NCBI GenBank assembly: GCA_016721005.1
Contig: JADKJM010000016.1
Location: 276,053 to 340,052, forward strand
Reading direction: 5' to 3'
Length of the DNA: 64,000 nt
Origin: Flavobacteriales bacterium
GTDB taxonomy: Bacteria > Bacteroidota > Bacteroidia > Flavobacteriales_F > PHOS-HE28
A program made the translations under genes and the position numbers. The notes beneath the pieces are model-generated. The model did not search any database and was not told the origin of the DNA. It saw only the letters and a list, made by a program, of their open reading frames with translations. This document shows, one piece after another, positions 32,400 through 43,104 of this stretch (positions are counted from its first letter, which is position 1; each line of letters begins with the position of its first letter).

Positions 32400-32840
32400 T
32401 CAGACCGCCACCGCGCTCGTCAGTTTGCGCTGTGGGCATGCGCCCACCAAATGGCGGCGCACGAAACGCGCGGTGCCATCGGTGTTCACGAACTTCTTGT
32501 AGGTGTTCGGTTGCACGCCATAGAAGGCGTACTCGCTCCCATCACCGAAGTTGACGCGGAGCACCAGGTTCTTGTACTGCCAGTTGGTCACGCCGCTGCT
32601 AAGGGTCTGCTCGAACTCCTCCGCCTTGGACTCGTTGGTTTCGGGGTGGATCCCCTCCAACAACTTGTAGGCTGAGATGATGCGCTTGCTGGTGGCCTCG
32701 GCCTCCTCCCGCTCGGCATCCACTTGGAAACGGTCCGGGTGGTGCTGCTTCATCAGGCCCTTGTACAAGCCGCTGAGTTCTTTCAAGGTCAGGCCGGGAC
32801 CGGCGCCCAGCAACTTCCGGCTATCTGTGATCTCTTTCAT
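32400..32840 (-). CDS. J-domain-like + KTSC-domain protein
   Basis: MKEITDSRKLLGAGPGLTLKELSGLYKGLMKQHHPDRF (DnaJ-like HPD motif), followed by a C-terminal KTSC-like segment. The ORF-track extension to 32939 is P/S-rich and overlaps a hairpin. Confidence 0.5.
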   Translation of the reverse strand: MKEITDSRKLLGAGPGLTLKELSGLYKGLMKQHHPDRFQVDAEREEAEATSKRIISAYKLLEGIHPETNESKAEEFEQTLSSGVTNWQYKNLVLRVNFGDGSEYAFYGVQPNTYKKFVNTDGTARFVRRHLVGACPQRKLTSAVAV

Positions 32841-32904
32841 GGTCGTTGAAAACGGCCGCGAAGATGGTGGATCCGGGCTTAGCAGCGCAAGCGATGGGAT
32901 TTCC

Positions 32905-33110
32905 GACGGCTGCGACCCCTTCAGGGTCGGATCACGCATTCTGCTGGGATCTACATGCTATGACCCCTCCGGGGTCAACGAACGTGCAGGTCGGACCCCG
33001 AAAGGATCACGATCAGAAGCCCTCTAGTTGAACTATGGTTCGACCCCGGAGGGGTCACAGCATATAGCTCATACCGAGGTAAGGGTCCACCGACCCCGCA
33101 GGGGTCGCAG
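32905..33110. repeat. array of 4-5 short palindromic hairpins sharing the stem GACCCC/GGGGTC (REP-like)
   Basis: cgaccc-cttca-gggtcg (32911-32927), tgacccc-tcc-ggggtca (32961-32977), a weak copy at about 32990, gacccc-gga-ggggtc (33047-33061), cgacccc-gca-ggggtcg (33083-33099). They lie in the intergenic region between two same-strand genes. Confidence 0.6.
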
Positions 33111-33160
33111 CAACGGCGGGCGGATCAAATGCGCCATGCAGCATCTGCAATGGGCACGGT

Positions 33161-33748
33161 TCAAACCCTCCTGAACAGCAGTTCGAAGAAACCACGGTCC
33201 ACATGGATCTCCTGTAGGACACCGTCGCGATAGACGTAGCGGTTGCGGTCCTTGTTGGGCAGGGTGAGGCTGTACTCCCCCACCCCCAAGCATACCAGCG
33301 GACAATCCGCCAAGGCGCTCTCCACGAAGATGCTCGACTCCCCAGCTGGTTCCTCGTAATACATGCGCGCGGTCGTCCAATCGTTCGCGGGTAGCTCATC
33401 GGCATGGACCGAAGTCGGGTGCTTGAAGTACAACCCGCGACCGCCGATGGAACGCAGAAGACTGCTATCCCGCACCGCGTTGTTCATGCGCACGGAACTG
33501 CAACAGCCCGTGACGCGGCCATCGGTGTAATGCGTGATCACCGCCGTGCGCACATGCCGCTTCCAGATCAGGTCGAAGGTGGACGCCGAGATCATGGAAT
33601 AGGATACCGTGTTTCCGGCGATGACACGATCCACGCGGATGCGTCCCAGGACCTGACCACCTCTGAGGATCTCGAAATGACCTACCTGCGCATGTGCAGT
33701 GGACGCCGCGAGGAATGAGAACAGGAACGCGTGCAAGCGGCGCTTCAT
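33161..33748 (-). CDS. hypothetical secreted protein
   Basis: Start at MKRRLHAFLFSFLAASTAHAQ (signal peptide). No recognisable domain. Confidence 0.45.
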   Translation of the reverse strand: MKRRLHAFLFSFLAASTAHAQVGHFEILRGGQVLGRIRVDRVIAGNTVSYSMISASTFDLIWKRHVRTAVITHYTDGRVTGCCSSVRMNNAVRDSSLLRSIGGRGLYFKHPTSVHADELPANDWTTARMYYEEPAGESSIFVESALADCPLVCLGVGEYSLTLPNKDRNRYVYRDGVLQEIHVDRGFFELLFRRV

Positions 33749-33905
33749 TCGACCATGGATCGTGCAGGTGGGGAAGATAGGTGGATGCGATCGAGCAATT
33801 CCGGACCTTCCGTTCCCGGAAATACACGAGCCGACCCGTCCATACCATCGATCCAAGCACGTGGGCCAGCGTGATCCAGGAATGCTGCGTTGAACATGAT
33901 CCCGA

Positions 33906-35561
33906 TCAGTCCACGACCACGATCCGCGCTGCGGCGATCGGGGTTGCTCCGCCGACCACCATGATCATGTACGTGCCCGGCCTCCAGGCGCGCGCATCAA
34001 GATCGAGGACCGTCGTTCCCCCGATCCGTTCCGTGTGGACCACACGACCCGTGACATCGCTGATCACCACCGATCCGGAACCCGACACCTGCTGAGGCAA
34101 CCGGATGGTCACACTTTCACGGGTGGGATTGGGAAACACTTCCGGCGAAGGCAATGTCAATTCGGGGATCCCGATGGGTCCGCACGGGTTCACGCTTCCT
34201 TCCTGCGATGTCGCGGTTCCGACCGGAGCCAACCACCAATGCAATTGTTCCAAGGTGGGGTTCGGGTTGCTCGCTCCCCAGTGGTAGCTCATCTTCCCGT
34301 AGTAGTCCGGTGCGGTCAGGCTGGTTCCGCTCCCACACGCATTCGTTGTGCAACACGACAAGCCGCCGGTGAGTGTCCCCACCAGCTTCTTCGCCGAATT
34401 GAAGATGGGTGAACCGGATGACCCGGGCTCTGTCACACCGTGGCCATTGGCGGTCGCTGTCCACACCACACGCCAATGCGTTCCGTTCGGGCCGCCCCAT
34501 GTCGCGCTGCTGGCGGTTCCGCTGAAGGTGCTGATCTTCTTCACGTCGCTGTCCGGGTGATGGAGGCTCACCCCGCCTACCGGTGCTGCCGTTCCCGCAT
34601 CCCATCCTGCCCAATACGGCGTGTAGCTGCCCGGGATCGCGGAGGTGAGTTCAATGAGCGAATAATCCGAACCCGTCGCACCCCCTTGATCCTGTGATCC
34701 CGCACGACGTGCGCATCCGGTAAGCCCGCTTCCTGTTGCGGAGCCTGTGCCACAGACCGTGCGCTGGAACTGGAACCGGAACTGGTAGCTCGGGTAGTTC
34801 GTGGTCACGCTTTCCTCCGTGCAATGGAAAGCCGTGAGGATGTACCCCTTGCAATCGGAAGCGGTGTTGTTCACCAAGGTGCCGGTGCAGAACCCCGCAC
34901 CAGTTGGAATGACCACGCGGATCCGCACGACCGCATTGCGTTCGTTCACCCAGTTCGCTCCTTCGCTGCAATTCACATCCACCTCACAGGTACCCGACTT
35001 CACTTGCGCGACCATGCGATAGGCGTGTGCGACCTTTTCCAAGTGCAAACTCCCTTCTCCACGCACGGCGGCCGGTTCATGGTATTCCACGGTGCACGCA
35101 TCACCATACACCATATCCGTGGTGAATGAACCATCGGCTTGCACATGCGCGGCAGTGGATCCACCGATCACTTGTTCTCGTGCATCATCATACACATGCA
35201 CTTGCGATCCAGGAGGCAGGTACACATCCGAGAAGAACAACTCCATGGCATGTGCACCGGGTGACACGACGCGCAAACGCCAGATGCGATCGCCGCCGGG
35301 CAGTTCGGTCCACACGCCTGAATGGTCCAGATCCGCTGGAGCAACAACGAAGCGTGCATAGAGCGGAAGTTTGTTCGCCGCATCCCGCACAGCATCGTCC
35401 ATGGCCGCCGCCGTTGCGTCGAACGGACTTGCTTCCAACGTGGGCACCGCGTGCGGATCCAGCCCGTAGCGCATGCTCATCGGTATCGCTCCGGTGAATT
35501 CCTGGGCAGGCAAGTGAGTGGCGAGTACGAAGAAGAGGGAAAGGGAAAGGAAGCGCATCAT
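33906..35561 (-). CDS. trypsin-like (S1 family) serine endopeptidase with T9SS type-A C-terminal sorting domain
   Basis: Signal peptide MMRFLSLSLFFVLATHLPAQ. The catalytic His context LTAFHC and Ser context EPGSSGSPIF are present. C-terminal FPNPTRESVTIRLP...GTYMIMVVGG sorting domain. Confidence 0.65.
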   Translation of the reverse strand: MMRFLSLSLFFVLATHLPAQEFTGAIPMSMRYGLDPHAVPTLEASPFDATAAAMDDAVRDAANKLPLYARFVVAPADLDHSGVWTELPGGDRIWRLRVVSPGAHAMELFFSDVYLPPGSQVHVYDDAREQVIGGSTAAHVQADGSFTTDMVYGDACTVEYHEPAAVRGEGSLHLEKVAHAYRMVAQVKSGTCEVDVNCSEGANWVNERNAVVRIRVVIPTGAGFCTGTLVNNTASDCKGYILTAFHCTEESVTTNYPSYQFRFQFQRTVCGTGSATGSGLTGCARRAGSQDQGGATGSDYSLIELTSAIPGSYTPYWAGWDAGTAAPVGGVSLHHPDSDVKKISTFSGTASSATWGGPNGTHWRVVWTATANGHGVTEPGSSGSPIFNSAKKLVGTLTGGLSCCTTNACGSGTSLTAPDYYGKMSYHWGASNPNPTLEQLHWWLAPVGTATSQEGSVNPCGPIGIPELTLPSPEVFPNPTRESVTIRLPQQVSGSGSVVISDVTGRVVHTERIGGTTVLDLDARAWRPGTYMIMVVGGATPIAAARIVVVD

Positions 35562-35697
35562 GTGCTGGGGACGGGTGCACGAAAATAGACGGTTCGCCGG
35601 TGCATCGCACCCGTGGAGCTTGTCCGTGGCCCATTCAGGCATTCTTCACCCCTCGCGCACAACAGACGATCTTCGCCGTTCGTTATCCGGATCACAC

Positions 35698-38057
35698 ATG
35701 TTCGCGCGCATCTTGTCATGGATCAAGCGGTCGATCCGCCTTCTGCGCTGGGTCATCGTCGCGCTGCTCCTGGTTCTTGTTTGGGCGAAGTGGGGCCGAT
35801 GGATCCGCTCTTCACCACGCCGCGCAGCATGGTGCTGCTGGACCGCAACGGTGAGTTGCTTGGAGCCACGGTCGCCAAGGATGGTCAGTGGCGCATGCCA
35901 TCCACGGACAGTGTTCCCGAGTGCTTCGCCATATGCTTGATCCAATTCGAGGATCGCCATTTCCGGGATCATTGGGGTGTGCGACCGGGATCGTTGGTGC
36001 GCGCCTGGCAGCAGAACCGGAAGGCCGGGCGCATCGTGAGCGGAGGAAGCACCATCACCATGCAAGTGTCGCGTATGGCGCGTGGTGATCGCGACCGCAC
36101 GTGGTGGAACAAGTTCGTGGAGGTCCTGATCGCGTTGCGGATCGAACTGCGCTACGACAAGGAGGAGATCCTGATGCTGTATGCGGCCAACGCGCCGTTC
36201 GGAGGGAACGTGGTCGGCTTGGATGCCGCAGCATGGCGCTGGTACGGTCGTGATGCGAAGTCCTTGGGCTGGGGTGAGAGCGCTACACTGGCCGTGTTGC
36301 CGAACGCACCGTCGCGCATCCATCCCGGTCGCAATCGCGATGCACTTCTTGCGAAACGGAACCGCCTGCTGGATCGATTGCTCGAGGTGAAGGCATTGGA
36401 TACTCTACAGTGGTCCTTGGCGCGCGTTGAACCCTTGCCCGAGTTTCCGCATGCGCTACCTCGTATCGCGCCGCACTTGCTAACGACCATGCTGGTGGAA
36501 GGGCACTCCGGACAGCGCGTGGTTACGACGATCGATCGCGTGTTACAGGAACGCGTGAACGACATGGCCCTTCGACATGGTCCCGTGATGCGGGCGAACG
36601 AGGTACACAACGCGGCGGTGTTGGTGATGGATGTGGAAACCGGCGAAGTGCTGGCCTACATGGGGAACCAGCCCGATGCCGATGCGGATCATGCGGGCAT
36701 GGTGGACGTGGTGCGCGCACAACGCAGCACTGGCAGCTTGTTGAAACCCTTCCTCTACGCGGACATGTTGCAGAGCGGAGAGCGCATGCCCGACCAACTC
36801 GTCGCCGATCTTCCAACGAGCTACGAGGGTTTCGCGCCGCGCAACTACGATGAGCGCTTCGACGGAGCGGTGCCCGCATCGCAAGCACTCAGCCGTTCGT
36901 TGAACGTGCCCGCAGTGAGAGCGCTGCGTGAGCATGGTGTGGAGCGTACGCGCCGCATGTTCCTTGGAATGGGACTCGTGGGATTGGATCGCGGTGCGGA
37001 TCACTACGGGCTTTCGTTGATCGTGGGCGGCGGTGAAAGCAGTCTTTGGGAACTCACCGGTGCATACGCATCGCTTGCTCGTATCGCGATCCGGTACAGC
37101 GGAAGTGCCGCCTCGGTGGAAGGTGCTGTTCATCCGCCGGTGGTCGTGCGCGAAGAACGTACGTGGCACGGACAGCCTGTACTCAATGCGGCTTCGGTCT
37201 TCCATACCATCCAAGCCATGCAAGGGGTGAACCGGCCAGAGACCGAATCCGGTTGGCAGCGATTCGCCGGGAACGAACGGATCGCGTGGAAGACCGGCAC
37301 CAGCTACGGCCATCGCGATGCGTGGGCGATCGGGTTCACCGACCGGTACGCCGTCGGCGTCTGGACCGGCAACGCCAGTGGTGAAGGAAGACCCGGACTC
37401 ACAGGAACACTCGCAGCCGCCCCGCTCCTCTTCGAAGTGTTCGGTGCACTTCCCGATGGCGCTGGGTTCGACCCGCCGTACGACGCGATGGAGCGCATGG
37501 CGGTGTGTCCTGCCAGTGGTTTCCGCGCCGGGCCTGATTGCGCGCATCCCGATGAGCGCTGGATCATTCACGAAGCCGTACGCACAGCTCCCTGTCCATA
37601 TCACCACATGATCACGGTTGACACCGATGCGAGCCACCGCGTTCCACCGGGACCCGGGTCGCACCAAGTGAGTTGGTTCAGCCTGCCACCGGCGATGGAG
37701 TACTACTACGCGCCGACGCATCCCGCGTATCGAACACTTCCTCCGTGGTTGGACACCGACGGTGCAACGAGCACCCAGCGTCCGATGCAGATGATCTATC
37801 CGGAGCAGGGTGCCACACTCTTCGTTCCGGTCCAATTGAATGGTGAACTCGGTCGCGTGGTATTCCAACTCGCACATCAACGCACGGATGCAACAGTACA
37901 CTGGGACCTGGACGGCAATTACCTCGGCAGTACGCAACGCGAACACCGCCTCGCTTCGGTCGTCCCGGATGGTGAGCACACCTTGACGCTCACGGATGAG
38001 AACGGGGATCATCTCGTGGTCCGGTTCAGGACCATCTCATCACGGGACCAGCGGTGA
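35698..38057 (+). CDS. pbpC: penicillin-binding protein 1C (transglycosylase/transpeptidase), with a single-base frameshift near 35793 in a GGGG run
   Basis: The N-terminal TM segment MFARILSWIKRSIRLLRWVIVALLLVLVWAK is in one frame. ...GPMDPLFTTPRSMVLLDRNGELLG, the glycosyltransferase domain, the transpeptidase domain (SxxK/KTG contexts) and the PBP1C C-terminal domain lie in the adjacent frame. Confidence 0.75.
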
Positions 38058-38152
38058 AAGGCTGTTGTGGCTTGACAGTTGTTAACTGCCGCAGGCAACC
38101 GCCAGCCTTGCCCCTACGTTACATTGCCATCATTCCCGCCCACATCCAGCAC

Positions 38153-39760
38153 ATGAAACAATTCCGTTCGGTCGCGCTCGCCTTCCTCGTCGTACTTTCC
38201 ATTCCGTTGCGCGCACAGCAGCAACAACAGGCTGATCCGACCACTGTGGGGAAGTTGGAATCGCTGTTGTACCACATCGATCGGATGTATGTGGATGAGG
38301 TGAACAAGCAGGAACTGGTGGACGCGGCGATCGTCCGGATCCTGGAGGAATTGGATCCGCACTCCATCTACATTCCGAAGGAGGATCTCGAAGAAGTGAA
38401 CGAACCATTGAAGGGCAACTTCGAGGGGGTCGGGATCCAGTTCAACATCATTCGTGACACCATCTATGTGGTGGATGCGATCTCGGGAGGACCTTCCGAG
38501 CGTTTGGGTATCCGCGCCGGCGACCGCATCCTGACGATCGACACCGAGAACGCTGCAGGGGTGGGCTTCAAGAACAGCGATGTGATGAAGCGCCTTCGTG
38601 GAAAGAAAGGCACGAAGGTGACCGTGACCATGGGACGCAGAGGTGAACCCGCTCCATTGGAATTCGTGATCACGCGTGACAAGATCCCCATCTTCAGCGT
38701 GGACGCCGGGTACATGGCCACACCCACGGTCGGCTACATCAAGGTGAGCCGCTTCAGCGCGACCACCATGAAGGAATTCCGCGAGAAGATGGACGAGTTG
38801 AAGGCCATGGGGATGCAGGACCTGATCCTGGATCTGCAAGGGAACGGCGGCGGCTATCTGCGCACCGCGATCGACATGGCGGATGAGTTCCTCGGCGAGA
38901 AGAAACTGGTGGTGTACACCGAAGGACGCACTTCGCCGCGGGAGGACACCTACGCCACCAAGGAAGGCCGCTTCGAGAAAGGTAAGTTGGTGGTGCTGGT
39001 GGATGAAGGCAGCGCCAGCGCGAGCGAGATCGTGAGCGGCGCGATCCAGGATTGGGATCGCGGCGTGATCGTCGGCCGTCGCAGTTTCGGAAAGGGATTG
39101 GTGCAACGGCCGGTGATGCTGCCCGACGGGTCCGCCGTGCGGCTCACCGTCTCCCGGTACTACACGCCAAGCGGAAGGTGCATCCAGAAATCTTATGACC
39201 ACGGGGTTGAGGCTTACCGCATGGAAAAAGGAACGCGACTGGCCAACGGAGAGTTGACCAGTGCGGACAGTATCCATCCGCAGGACACCGTGAAGTTCTA
39301 CACCATGAACAAGCGCGTGGTCTTCGGTGGCGGCGGGATCATGCCTGATGTCTTCGTGCCGATCGATACTTCGCAGAGTTCCGCGTACTTCGGGCAGTTG
39401 GTCCGCAAAGGGGTCCTCAACACCTTCGCCTTGAACTACGTGGACGAGCACCGTGATGAATTATTGAAGCGGTACTCCAGTGTGGAGCATTTCCGGAACG
39501 CATTCGTCGTGGGCGATGTGATGGTGTCCGCCCTGGAGGCGTACGCCATGAAGGAGGGCATAGAGCCTGATCCTGAAGGCATGGAGCGGTCGGGAGGGCT
39601 CATCAACATCCGGTTGAAGGCCTTGGTGGCCAGGGACCTGTGGAATACAGCCGCCTACTGGCAGGTGATCAATGCCGAGAACCCCGTGGATCGGAGCTTC
39701 CAGCGGGCGCTGGAGATCCTGGGGGACAACACCTTCCAGCGGCTGGGGATGACCCGCTGA
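38153..39760 (+). CDS. S41-family C-terminal processing peptidase (PDZ-containing)
   Basis: Signal peptide MKQFRSVALAFLVVLSIPLRAQ. PDZ region present. Catalytic-region contexts VVLVDEGSASASEIVSGAIQD...GRRSFGKGLVQ. Confidence 0.85.
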   Translation: MKQFRSVALAFLVVLSIPLRAQQQQQADPTTVGKLESLLYHIDRMYVDEVNKQELVDAAIVRILEELDPHSIYIPKEDLEEVNEPLKGNFEGVGIQFNIIRDTIYVVDAISGGPSERLGIRAGDRILTIDTENAAGVGFKNSDVMKRLRGKKGTKVTVTMGRRGEPAPLEFVITRDKIPIFSVDAGYMATPTVGYIKVSRFSATTMKEFREKMDELKAMGMQDLILDLQGNGGGYLRTAIDMADEFLGEKKLVVYTEGRTSPREDTYATKEGRFEKGKLVVLVDEGSASASEIVSGAIQDWDRGVIVGRRSFGKGLVQRPVMLPDGSAVRLTVSRYYTPSGRCIQKSYDHGVEAYRMEKGTRLANGELTSADSIHPQDTVKFYTMNKRVVFGGGGIMPDVFVPIDTSQSSAYFGQLVRKGVLNTFALNYVDEHRDELLKRYSSVEHFRNAFVVGDVMVSALEAYAMKEGIEPDPEGMERSGGLINIRLKALVARDLWNTAAYWQVINAENPVDRSFQRALEILGDNTFQRLGMTR

Positions 39761-39864
39761 CCGCTTTTTCCTAACGGATCGTTAAGGACTTGCTCGATGG
39801 AAGGCGCGCCGTGCTATTTTCGCCGCCCGGAATATCCCGTCGCAACGACCCAACCTCCATATCC

Positions 39865-40425
39865 ATGAAAGACAAGATCCAGATCGCCCTGCTCGCCGTG
39901 ATCGCTGTGGCACTCGGTGCCATTGCTTGGGGCCAGCTCAAGTCGGACTCCAGCGATGCCAACACAAGCAACGTGGTGGCCGCTGAACCCGCTGCCCCTG
40001 CTGCGGACGGCAGCTTCGACCCGATGGCCAACACGACCCCGGTCGTGGACAACACCCCGAAGACCACGATGACCTTCGGGAAATACGAGCACGACTTCGG
40101 GACCGTGAAGCAGGACACCAAGAACAAGTACGTATTCGTCTTTACGAATACCGGTAAGGAGCCCTTGATCATTGAAAGCGCTACCGGTAGCTGCGGCTGC
40201 ACGGTGCCGAGTTACCCCAAAGCGCCGATCGCACCTGGTGCAACCGGCCAGATCGAGGTGGAATACAGCCCCGGCAAACAAGAGAACGCGCAGCAGAAGA
40301 CGGTGAAGGTGGTGGCCAACACGGAGCCCAAGGAGACCGAATTGCGGATCAAGGCATTCGTGACGCCCGGTACCGGCGACGCGAAGGCTGCTGGTGAGAA
40401 CCAGACCATCCAGATCGGTAAGTAA
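39865..40425 (+). CDS. DUF1573 domain protein (secreted/membrane-anchored)
   Basis: N-terminal TM/signal segment, Ala/Pro-rich linker, then FGKYEHDFGTVKQDTKNKYVFVFTNTGKEPLIIESATGSCGCTVPSY, a typical DUF1573 core. Confidence 0.65.
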   Translation: MKDKIQIALLAVIAVALGAIAWGQLKSDSSDANTSNVVAAEPAAPAADGSFDPMANTTPVVDNTPKTTMTFGKYEHDFGTVKQDTKNKYVFVFTNTGKEPLIIESATGSCGCTVPSYPKAPIAPGATGQIEVEYSPGKQENAQQKTVKVVANTEPKETELRIKAFVTPGTGDAKAAGENQTIQIGK

Positions 40426-40443
40426 CGGATCACATTGGAATGA

Positions 40444-40474
40444 AAGAAGCCCGCTGATCAGCGGGCTTCTTTCA
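40444..40474. terminator. bidirectional intrinsic terminator
   Basis: aagaagcccgctg-atca-cagcgggcttctt perfect 13-bp stem between convergent genes. It is flanked by T-runs on both strands. Confidence 0.75.
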
Positions 40475-40525
40475 TTTCATAGGGACCGAAGGGGTATGCT
40501 CTTCCGCTTCCCCCTTCCTTCCTCG

Positions 40526-40762
40526 TCATAGCTTGTCGATCGCGTCCGCGAGTTTCAGATCACGTTCGGTGATCACGTTCCCCGCATCGTGCGTGCTCAA
40601 TCGGATGCTCACGCTGTTGTACACATTGGTCCACTCCGGGTGGTGGTCCTGTTTTTCCGCGATCATGGCTACGCGGGTCATGAAGGCGAACGCCTCACTG
40701 AAGTCCGCGAATTGAAAGTTGCGGCACAGCTTGCCGCCTTCCTCGGTCCAGCTCGTGCTCAT
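40526..40762 (-). CDS. phhB: pterin-4a-carbinolamine dehydratase
   Basis: 78 aa [72 protein letters not shown]; PCD/DCoH signature (E-x-x-x-HHP). Confidence 0.8.
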   Translation of the reverse strand: MSTSWTEEGGKLCRNFQFADFSEAFAFMTRVAMIAEKQDHHPEWTNVYNSVSIRLSTHDAGNVITERDLKLADAIDKL

Positions 40763-42960
40763 CGGTGGATCGGGAGTTGGATCATTCCGGGAAGAGGTTC
40801 CTGCTTCACCACGTCCATTTCCGCGATCAGGTTGGTCGCGCCAGCGTACTTGTCGATGATGAACAGGACATAGCGCGCATCGACGCAGATGTTCCTGCAC
40901 TTGCTCGGATCGAACTGGATATCGCTCATCGTGCTTTCCCAGGTCCGATCGAAGTTGAGGCCGATGAGCTCCCCACGACCGTTCAGGACAGGGCTTCCGC
41001 TGTTCCCACCCGTGGTGTGCAAGGACGAGGTGAAACAAACCGGCATGCTTCCGTTCATTGCATATCTCCCATAGTCCTTGGCCTTGTGCAGGTCGATCAA
41101 CCGTTGCGGCACATCGAACTCCGCATCACCCGGTATGTACTTCTCCATCACACCATCCAGTGTGGTGAAGTACGTGTACGTGACCGCATCACGGGGAATG
41201 CTTCCTTCCACCTTTCCGTAGCTCAAGCGCAAAGTGCTGTTCGCATCCGGCCAGTAGGTCTTCTCGGGATAGAGCACCATCATGCCTTCCACATAGGTGC
41301 GCATGGCACTCTCGATGCCATCGCTGAGTTGGGCATGTGTTGGCCGGACCTGATCCAGGAAGTTGGTGAAGAAGCTGCGCGAGGCTTTGAAGGCTGGATC
41401 GTTCAGAAGCTTCCGCACACTCTTCGACCCGGGTTTGCTGAAGGCCTTCTCCAGCTTCGCAGGATCGGCAAAGACGCTTCGCGCATAGAGCGCATCGACC
41501 CATTCATCACCATCACCCTTGTACTTGCTATCGATCTCCTTGAGGATGGCGGGTGCGAGTTGGGCAGGGACATACTTCCGGTAGATCGGTAGCAGCGCTT
41601 TGAATACACGCTTGTCCACTTCCACATCGTAGTTCGCGAAGTAGGCTTTGGCATTTGTAAGCAGATCACCCACAGCGCTCTGCAACTTGCCTTCCTTCAC
41701 CAGATCCTGTTGTTTCTCGATCACATCCTTGAACCCATCGGTGAAACGCAACACCTCGGGGCCGTAATAGACCATCTCTACGAAGAGGTCCCGCGCCGTG
41801 GCGTATGGGGTGTATTCGGCATAGAGCCTGGCCAGTTCCGTCAAGGCCGCCGCGTACCGCACTGAATCCAACTGCATGGCGCGAGCGGAGTAAGCAGTCT
41901 CGTACTCGCGCTTTCTCTCAAGCGTGTTCAATTCCTTCAAACCCCGCAACTCCCCGATCCATTTCTTCCAAGCGTTGCTGATCCCGCTTTGCTTGTCGGC
42001 GTATTGCAACCGCGTCCGATCACTGCCCAGCATCGCGGCATCGATCACACCAAGGCTCGCGGTCCGCATGGCGATGCGCATCGGGTCGGATGTGTTCATC
42101 ACATACTCCACCGCGTAGCTGCTTACGTAGCGTTGGGTGTTGCCGGGGAATCCGAAGATCATGGCGTAATCGCCTTCCTGAACGCCATCCAAGCTGATCG
42201 GCAGGACATGGCGCGGGGTGAACGGGACATTCGCATCACTGGGATCCGCTGGTGCGTTGTCCGGGCCGGCGTAGATCCGGAACAGGCTGAAGTCCGCATT
42301 GTGCCGCGGCCACATCCAGTTGTCCGTATCGCCCCCGAATTTCCCGATCGCACTGGGCGGTGCACCCACCAATCGCACATCCTTGAAGGTCTCGGTAACG
42401 ATGAGATAGTAGCTGTTGCCGTAATTGAACGGGCGCACCACCGCCTTGTACCCGGTTCCTTCCACCGCTTCATCCGCAATGGCCTTCCCGAGTTTGTTCG
42501 CCAGATCGCGGCGCGCGGCTTCGTTCATCGCCATCTCCGGGGTGATCTGGGAAAGGATCCTATCGGACACGTCCTCCATGCGCACGATGAACGTGGCGGT
42601 CAAACCGGGGTTTCGCAATTCAGCAGCGTGATCGGCCGCCCAGAAACCGTTCTTCAACCGATCGTTCTCCACCGTGCTGTGATCCGTGATCGCACTGAAG
42701 CCGCAATGGTGGTTCGTTAGGATGAGCCCTTGCCGACTGATCACCTCGGCAGTGCATCCACCGCCGAACAACACGATGGCATCCTTGATGCTGCCGTGGT
42801 TGATGCTATAGATGTCGTCGGCGGAGAGTTTCAGCCCGGCGGACTGTAGATCGCCTTCAATGCTTTTGAGCAATGTCGGCAACCACATACCCTCGTGTGC
42901 GCGGAGACCGGAGGTTGGAACGAGGAGAACAAAGAGTACGGCGGTCAGGCGGTTCAGCAT
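40759..42960 (-). CDS. S46-family dipeptidyl-peptidase (DPP7/DPP11-like)
   Basis: Signal peptide [23 protein letters not shown] and [10 protein letters not shown] motifs characteristic of S46 peptidases. Catalytic Ser region near the C-terminus. Confidence 0.8.
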   Translation of the reverse strand: MLNRLTAVLFVLLVPTSGLRAHEGMWLPTLLKSIEGDLQSAGLKLSADDIYSINHGSIKDAIVLFGGGCTAEVISRQGLILTNHHCGFSAITDHSTVENDRLKNGFWAADHAAELRNPGLTATFIVRMEDVSDRILSQITPEMAMNEAARRDLANKLGKAIADEAVEGTGYKAVVRPFNYGNSYYLIVTETFKDVRLVGAPPSAIGKFGGDTDNWMWPRHNADFSLFRIYAGPDNAPADPSDANVPFTPRHVLPISLDGVQEGDYAMIFGFPGNTQRYVSSYAVEYVMNTSDPMRIAMRTASLGVIDAAMLGSDRTRLQYADKQSGISNAWKKWIGELRGLKELNTLERKREYETAYSARAMQLDSVRYAAALTELARLYAEYTPYATARDLFVEMVYYGPEVLRFTDGFKDVIEKQQDLVKEGKLQSAVGDLLTNAKAYFANYDVEVDKRVFKALLPIYRKYVPAQLAPAILKEIDSKYKGDGDEWVDALYARSVFADPAKLEKAFSKPGSKSVRKLLNDPAFKASRSFFTNFLDQVRPTHAQLSDGIESAMRTYVEGMMVLYPEKTYWPDANSTLRLSYGKVEGSIPRDAVTYTYFTTLDGVMEKYIPGDAEFDVPQRLIDLHKAKDYGRYAMNGSMPVCFTSSLHTTGGNSGSPVLNGRGELIGLNFDRTWESTMSDIQFDPSKCRNICVDARYVLFIIDKYAGATNLIAEMDVVKQEPLPGMIQLPIHR

Positions 42961-43104
42961 GTCGTGTTGATCAATGGCGAATGTAGGTCGCACGGGAAAC
43001 CAACTGGTGGCACGGCAGTGATCAACCGAGGCATGCATGCCAAACGAGATGATGAAATATCCAGCCGGTTTCTTCTACCTTTCAATGCCCTTACCAACCT
43101 GACC

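Noticed and set aside
32905-33110. Hairpin array considered as a CRISPR array or a tRNA-like element (contains ggttcgacccc)
   Set aside because: Spacing is irregular and the shared part is only the 6-7-bp stem. No acceptor, D or anticodon arms can be built around the GGTTCGA-like segment.
36543-38012. 489-aa minus-strand ORF
   Set aside because: Antisense to pbpC.
38114-39451. 445-aa minus-strand ORF
   Set aside because: Antisense to the S41 peptidase gene.
40765-42720. Plus-strand ORFs 40765..41592 and 41989..42720
   Set aside because: Antisense to the S46 peptidase gene.
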